Shown here in pieces: positions 33,558 through 64,000 of a stretch of DNA of 64,000 bases. The translations under genes and the position numbers were made by a program. Within the stretch, counting starts at the first letter, position 1, and every line of letters starts with the position of its first letter. The notes under the pieces are model-generated. The model saw only the letters and a program-made list of their open reading frames with translations, ran no database searches and was not told the origin of the DNA. Origin of the DNA: the human T2T-CHM13v2.0 reference genome, Homo sapiens; assembly GCF_009914755.1 (NCBI RefSeq), contig NC_060941.1. The stretch is one strand, 5' to 3'.

Positions 33558-35399
33558 TAAGATAATCTATCAGTTTACATTAAGTGATATACTTTAGGAA
33601 AGAGGAAAAATTACAGTGATCATTTTCCTAGTGATCACCTTGATATAAGGAGTTAGAAGGAATCTTAGAGGTCAGTTTGGTCCAAACTCACACACAAGTC
33701 AGAAATTAATTTCTGTAGCATTCCTGGCAGAGAATACTTAAGCTGTGGCTTGAATACCTCCAGTGTAGTTGTATTTATTATTGTTTATCTTTATTACCAG
33801 TTTCTTCCATTTTGAGTGAAACCTCTGACTTCTGCCGTTGGTCTTAACTCTACCACCTCATTTAAAGAGGGATACTCACATTTATAGTATATGTGCTAGG
33901 TACTGTGGCAGGGACTTCACAATATCACGTATCTTGTAAGTTATTCTCAAATATGAGAGGGGTTCTCTTTTTTTTCCATCTTTTTCTTCTCATTTAAATC
34001 TATCAGGCAACATATTCATAACTTTTATTTCATATTTGAAATATGTTTCTCACATAGTTTCAGAAACTTGAACATTTGGACAGAATCTACTTGTTGTACA
34101 TTATCAAATATATACCTAGAACGAATCCCTAAATGTTCTGACTAGTCTGATATCTGTCTACTCTAGATAGTATGCTTCTATTTATTTTTTGACACGTAAA
34201 CTTTATTTTTTGATATTTTTGATAGAAAATTGAATATTCTAAGGAGAAACAGCAGCTTGGGTGGTGTTTGTTCATTCATTAACTCCTTTAGAGAGTGCAG
34301 AACTAAAAATATTAGATTCTTGAAAAAATAGAGTTGGAAAATTTGTCACAATGCATTTTTCTTTTCCTCCTAGTTTTAAATCACAGCTTACGAATTTAGA
34401 TAGGATATACACTTAATGATGCATCATTTATGCATCTCATTGTTTTCCCATTGTTCTGTTGACTGGTAAAAGACTTCCTTTTTTTCAGTTTGGCTTCCTT
34501 CTATTTTAAGTTTGGCTTTGGAATTAAGTGATTTTTTTACTTGGATTATAAAATGATATTTTTTATTTTATATCCTGCAATCTTGTGGGGTTGAAGTATA
34601 ATTTATATTTCCATGTCTAGGCAATCCTGACTTGTAAATAAACTGTGATAGTCCATTCTAGAAGCTGAGATCCTGAATTGTTACCTGTTATATCTGTTAA
34701 TGCCCAGGGAGACCCTATAAGATAGAACTGAGAATATTCGCAGTGCACGCACATTTTTCTTTACTAGAATTTATATTCCAGATTCTTGTCTGGTCACCCA
34801 CCCTAGACAGAGCTCTTGGGATCCTCAGGGCCTTTTTTACTTAAAATACAGACTGTAGTAAGATCCTGGTCTGACCTCCCTGCTTCTTTTCTCCTGACCA
34901 CATTAAAAGTTTGCCCTATAGTCATTTCAGGGTTCAAGTGAGAAGGAAGCATGAACCAACAACAGGAACACTGGACCCTTCTCTTCATCTTCCTCATCAA
35001 GGTTTACCTTCACTACTAAACCCTATTACTATCTCATTGTGACATTGGGTTTGAAATTACAGAGCTTCCCTAAGTAAGAGTGTGTGGGAGATACATACTG
35101 TTCAATTCTCTCTGAACAATTGTTTCCCCAGTAATTTTGTTCCTTTTGACCTGGTGGGTTCAATAGCAACTCAAACATTAAAATCAGAGGGTTACATAAA
35201 TTCCTGCTGGTAGTTTTGGAAGAGAATTTTTTGAGTCTTTAGGGTCTAGCTAGGACCAGTGAGTTGGCCATTTAAGCCTCTCAAGATTCTTATGAATGTC
35301 TCAGTATTGCTCCCAGAGGCACTAAGATGAATTAAGAAAGTGTGTCATTTTAAATTTACTGCTAAGACCCTACATTATTAACTTTCTTTAATCTATTTC

Positions 35400-44200
<8,801 letters not shown>

Positions 44201-44289
44201 CCTATTAAATTATTTTTAAGAGAACTATTGTATTAATGATTTTTCCCTACTTTTCTATTTTGTACATTTAGCTGCAGTTTAAAATCTTT

Positions 44290-50897
<6,608 letters not shown>

Positions 50898-52013
50898 TCA
50901 TAATATGTCCTTATTTCCAGTCATTACTTGTTCCTTAGTACTCTCTTGCCACAATGTCTTTCTGTAACTGTTCCCATCTGACTATAAAAATGCCTAGATT
51001 GTCACCATCATTTAAAAAAAAAATATATATATATGCCCTTTACTAGTCCTTAGTGCCCAGCAACTATTTCATTAGTAAATGCCTTATGTAAGGGATCAGT
51101 ACTGCTTTCCTTTCCCCACCATCTGTTCTGTATAGCCCTCCATAATCTGGTGTCTGTACATGTCACACTATGGAAACTATGCTCAGGAGAGTTATGAATG
51201 TCTCCTGATCAACAACTGTATTGTGTTTTGCAGTTTAAAGGTACTTCAAAAGCTTATTGATGCTTCTGTTTATTTTATCCCATGCTTATTGTTTTTTTCT
51301 ATTGTTAATAGATGTTTGTGAAAATAGAAGGAGCACTAGTTCTAGTTCATGCTTGCTTTTGCTTTTCCATAGCTTCTAAAACTAACAGTGAAAATGATAT
51401 ATTGAAACAGTAAATTATAGATCTATACCAGATTTGTAATTGTGTATTTCATTGCTATTTGAAGTATAAAGTAATGGTTCTGTATCATTTATTGGGAAGG
51501 TTGAATTTCCATAGCTTCAAAATATTCAAATTTTTTTGCATGGATTTAGCTACGCTTTTCAAAATTTCCTTTTGATGAAGTCATTGACTAAAGCGTCATT
51601 AAAACAAAACAAAAAAAGAATTCCAAAAACCCTCCAAAATTCCTTTTTAAAGATAGGAAGGCATACCTGCTGTCATTTTATAGGTAGAACACTAAAACAC
51701 AGTAAATTACCTGGCCTCCAACTTGGTAGTCTGATTTTTTTCTGCCTTGGTCTGGTGTTTTTGTGGTTTTGTTCTTACTTTTTGTGAGTTGTGAGGGGTT
51801 TTTTGTTGTTTATTTTTTGTTAGGTGTATAGACACACTTTTGGATGTCATATTTAACAGGGAAAGCATAGAGTCATGGGCCTGAATAACAGTTGAGTACA
51901 AATATTTATAAATTGGTTGAAGTAACTTTGATTTCAATGTTATATTTTAAAGTCTAGGTTATTTTACTACAGAGCATTACAATGATAAAATATTTCCTTT
52001 TTTTTTTTTTTAG

Positions 52014-52063
52014 CTTGTCAGCTCATTTGCAGCTTACGTTTACTGGTTTCTTCCACAAAAATG
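52014..52063 (+). CDS. SUZ12: SUZ12 exon 5 (50 nt): SLSAHLQLTFTGFFHKN
   Basis: Acceptor (t)14ag|C; donor ATG|gtatgt. Confidence 0.98.
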
Positions 52064-52257
52064 GTATGTATTTAAAAGTAAATAAAGTGGCATTTTAATA
52101 GCAAGATACCTTTGTGAATGTAAAAAAAGTGGGGCTTCTGAGTGTAAATTTATAAAATTAAGTTTAATGGAAAATATGTTGGTTCTGATGTTTTTGAACT
52201 TTAAGGTATGAAGGCTAATGATGAAATTTGTTTTTGGTGGATGGGGGTGCAGAGTGA

Positions 52258-58775
<6,518 letters not shown>

Positions 58776-58981
58776 CAGCATATAGGACGGTAATTATATT
58801 TGTTTTGTGAGTGGTTTATTTACACTATATATAAAGGCTTTTAAAGAGTTTGCTGTAAGTTTGGAACTGATTTGAGGAAAAAAGAATGAGTGAACTTTTG
58901 AGAAGTCTTACTGTGGGAAATCTCTGTTTGAAGTTCCCTGACTTGTTAGCAAAATGAATACCTTGTTCATATATTTTTTAA

Positions 58982-59113
<132 letters not shown>

Positions 59114-59810
59114 TGATATTGGTAGATTAAATGGAATAATTTGCTTAATTGGACATCTTTATGCATATATATTGTATTTTAAAGCTTAGTTTTAAATTTT
59201 GAAAGCTTAAGAAATGTGTTGATGGCCTAATTATAAAACTGATAACCTCTTTTGCCAACTCGCATATCTGTGTAGTTTTTCTAGTCTTTTAATAAGTGTC
59301 TGTACAAAACTTTCTCATAGGAGTCTGGAAATGGAGAAGCTATGTTTTAGCATCTGGCATAAATTCAGTTGCTGTTCTACCATTTCAATCTGTTAGCGTA
59401 TTTCTTAGCTGTTTGTACCCATTGACATTTTAGGTAAGGGCTAAGAGAGAGTTTTTTCCACAAGATTATCCTTTGTAACACTGCTCTCAGGCAAAGAAAT
59501 TTTGTTGTCAGCGTTATTAGCCATTCACTTATTAGTACATTGCTTCAAATTTTTATAAGGTGAAGTTATTTCACCATAGAAACAAGTGTTAAGATGTTTC
59601 CTGGTCAACCGATCAAAGCCAACATATGTACCTTTAGTTGCCTCAAGTCCTCGAGTGTTTCAAGAGGAGTAGGAGCTGGTCTGGGTCCAGGGTCCCAGTG
59701 CTGATATTCTTCCAAGACCATAGGCCATAAGGGCCTCAATCACTGGGAGGGAGTAGACTAAGGCACCATGGAGGCAGCAGTGGAACTTTATTTTTGAAAG
59801 TTTATGTAAA

Positions 59811-60368
59811 GGCCGGTTGCCGTAGCTCACACCTATAATCCCAGCACTTTGGGAGGCAGAAGTGGGCAGATTGCTTGAACCCAGGAGTTAAGCATCCTGG
59901 GCAACATGGTGAAACCCTGTCTCTACCAAAAATACAAAAATGAGCTAGGCATGATGGCCTGTGCCTGTAGTCCCAGCTACTCGGGAGGATTGCTTGAGCC
60001 CAGTAAGTCGAGGCTGCAGTGAGCCATGATTGCACCACTGAGCTCCAGCCTGTGCGACAGAGTGAAACTGTCTCAAGAAAAAAAAAAAATGTATGTAAAG
60101 TTAGGAAATATCACTCCTTGCCAGGTGCTGGTGGCTCACGCCTGTAATCCCAGCACTTTGAGAGGCCAAGGTGGGCAGATCACGAGGTCAGGAGATCGAG
60201 TGGCTAACACGGTGAAATCTCGTCTCTGCTAAAAATATAAAAAATTAGCCAGGCGTGGTGATGGGCACCTGTAGTGCCAGCTACTCAGGAGGCTGAGGCA
60301 GGAGAATGGTATGAACCCGGGAGGCGGAGCTTGCAGCGAGCCGAGATCGCACAACTGCACTCCAGCCT
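59811..60368 (+). mobile_element. Two sense Alus in intron 6 (second lacks its 3' tail)
   Basis: Alu consensus. Confidence 0.9.
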
Positions 60369-61333
60369 TTATCACTTCTTACTCCTACCTAACCTCCATA
60401 CACATTACAACAAGTGATGATATGAAAATCCAAGATACATTACTTAGAATAAGATATGAATATAAATATAGTCATTCTTATGTTCAAAAAAATGTATCGG
60501 GGTAATCATTTTCCTGGAAGAATATACACAGCCAACTGCTAGTATTAGTCATCTCCGGAGCGTAAGACCTGGGGGGGTGGGTGAGAATTCATAGTTTTCA
60601 CTTTATAGTCTTATAAAATAGAAATTTTTTTAGACTGTATGTATTCTATTTATTTAAAAGAAGTAGCTGCTGTAAGATACTGTCATAAAAGTCTTCTGAT
60701 CCTTCCAGTTTTTCTAGTATGCATTTTCAGTGTAACTAATCATACAATAACAGAATATTACTCAGAATATGATCATTGGTAGATAAAACCAGTTTTGTTT
60801 TTGTTTTTTTAAGGATGATGATTCTTTCTGTTAAACAACATATTTTAACTATATGGATTTACTGTTTCATAATGTAGTTGTTGACCATGGGATTATTAGT
60901 CATTTTTTTTTATTTCTAATGGTCCTATTAGTCACTGTCATGTTAAAATAGAACATTTAAGAGATTTGATAAAAGTACATGAGTTTAACATTTTAGCATG
61001 GTTTTTTTGTTGTTGCTAAAAAGCCTTACCAGAGAGATTTAGCATGCTTTTAGTTCTAAATTTCTAATATACAACTGTTTCAGATCACTGTTAGCTAAAT
61101 ATTAGGTATACTGTATCATAATTTCATTATGTTGGAGAAAACCTCAATTGCTTTAATATTTGGAATATAGGTATTTCAAATGTTTATTTTTGCTTCACAG
61201 TTTGCAGAACTATGGTTAGAATTTTAACATTCCATTTGGTGATCATGGCCTATCTCCCGTGTTTCCTATAGCTGTGATTAGAAGTTTTATTATAATTCTT
61301 ATTGCTTATATACAAATAAATATAAATTAATAA

Positions 61334-61597
<264 letters not shown>

Positions 61598-61879
61598 TAG
61601 ATTTTATCACTGGAGACTAAGATGGTCATTGAAAATGATTGTACCAGTGTTCCTTCATGATAGTCATGGTGCTGAGTCTTAAAGCAAACAGTGAATTCAC
61701 CTCCACCTCAACATTTTGTTGTGCAAATTTTCAAACATAAAGGACAATGAGAAGTATTTTATAGTGAACACCTATCTACTTACCTCTTAGATTCAACAAT
61801 GAACATTTTATTATACTTGTTGTGTATTTATCCCCCTGCCCATCCCTCTTTTCTTCCAACAATTGTGAATTCATCTTTG

Positions 61880-62200
61880 AGGTATTCATTCAACAAACAC
61901 ATAGGTGCTGGGGATGATTTAATTTAATCGAAGATGATTAAAACATTCAGTCCTATCCTCCAAAGTCTCACAACCTAGTGTAGGGAAATAGACATGAAAT
62001 ATATCATTGCAGCAAAATGATGAGTGCCATAATACAGGTATATGTGAAGTTCAGCAGAGAAACACGTTGGAAAAAATAATCTTTGACTCGAAGTATTGTT
62101 TGAAGTTTTTGGGAGTTACCACGAGTGAGAAGGAGTTTGCCTAGCAAAGATAATTCTAAACAGAAACATTAGCATTTGCAAAGATGTGGGGTTAATGTTG
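61880..62200 (-). mobile_element. L2 fragment in intron 7
   Basis: attcattcaacaaacacataggtgctggggat...cagtcctatcctccaaagtctcacaacctagtgtagggaaatagac. Confidence 0.6.
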
Positions 62201-62353
62201 TGATTGTTAAAAAGAACATATAGTAAAAATGCAAAATTGGAAACATGTGGTCTGTATATTATTGCAACTTTAGTGTAATTCGTACCTCATTTGGGATAAA
62301 TGTAGCATGTTTTATGTTAAGGGACCATATATCATAACACATTTTTGTTCTAA

Positions 62354-62482
<129 letters not shown>

Positions 62483-62689
62483 TAATGTTGATGAACAAGT
62501 GAGGCTCCCACAATGTTCTGGAAATGTTTTCATTCTGAAGCAGAATATAATTATTTATATTGATTATTTCATTGCCTTTGTTTCTTTTTATTCTTACGGA
62601 TGAAAAAACAAATTTGCAAACACTGAATTTTTGTCTGTTTTATAGAAAACAATAATTAAGGAACTATTCGGATAGATAGCTCAGTTAAA

Positions 62690-62965
62690 CTTACTTATTT
62701 GGCGAATATTTTCTGAGTGTCTACTCTTTGCCAGACACTGTTCTAGACATTAAGAAGGCAACAAAATCCCTGCCTTCACCATGGAGCTTAACTTTTAGTG
62801 GAGGAAACAGACCACCACCCAAAAAATCAACTAATGTCACTTAGTGATGAGTGTTGTGAAGAAAAATAGAGAATAAATGGTTACTGTTTTAGAGAGATAT
62901 CCTCTGGGAGGAGGTAGTATTTGAGAAGAGACTTAAATGGACTGGGCCCTACGTAAATCTTGGGG
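62690..62965 (-). mobile_element. L2 fragment in intron 8
   Basis: gaatattttctgagtgtctactctttgccagacactgttctagac...atccctgccttcaccatggagcttaacttttagtggagg. Confidence 0.65.
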
Positions 62966-62994
62966 TTATGTGTTTATTAAAAATTAAGGAAGAG

Positions 62995-63776
<782 letters not shown>

Positions 63777-64000
63777 TCATGTATAATGATTGTGTACCTC
63801 TGTGCATTTGGTACAGGATGGCAAGAAACACAGACTTATTAAATATTTCTGCAATTTCTGTTTGGAAACGAAATATTTTAGTGAAAATATCACCAGTGAA
63901 AGAATGTCTGGGAAGCAAATCCAGCATTTTTTCTTTTTGGGATTGGAGAAAGAAACCTATGCCGTCATTTCTTGTACCAGGCTGCGTGCTGGTAGTTAAC

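Noticed and set aside
34620-35340. Unique-looking intron 4 sequence that might be an old ERV-internal fragment
   Set aside because: No reading frame or motif I could identify; it needs a Dfam/RepeatMasker search.
60366-60412. G-free C/A-rich stretch replacing an Alu tail, superficially mitochondrial-like
   Set aside because: Only a ~12-nt resemblance from memory; a NUMT cannot be supported without a BLAST search.

Overview
Human (primate) genomic DNA, extremely Alu-rich, holding the 5' half of SUZ12 (PRC2 core subunit) on the + strand. It includes the CpG-island promoter (~22.6-23.7 kb) and eight intact GT-AG coding exons (ATG at 23121; 917 coding nt; exon 8 ends at 62481), and the gene continues past the window end. 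The upstream ~22 kb is mostly Alu, L1/HAL1, MIR/L2 and hAT DNA-transposon fossils, plus an orphan CpG island at ~2.7-3.5 kb with no recognisable gene. Intron 4 contains an antisense 5S rRNA pseudogene. Almost all ORFs in the supplied track are Alu or GC-rich artefacts. I found no convincing wholly new biological system. The most unusual signals are (i) repair scars in Alus, including two templated insertions copied from 1.6-2 kb upstream and several collapsed inverted-Alu junctions, (ii) the orphan CpG island, which shares an exact E2F 10-mer with the SUZ12 promoter, and (iii) candidate poison or competing splice signals around exons 2, 4 and 5. Repeat boundaries are read by eye and approximate. 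Exon boundaries were checked base by base against the reading frame.
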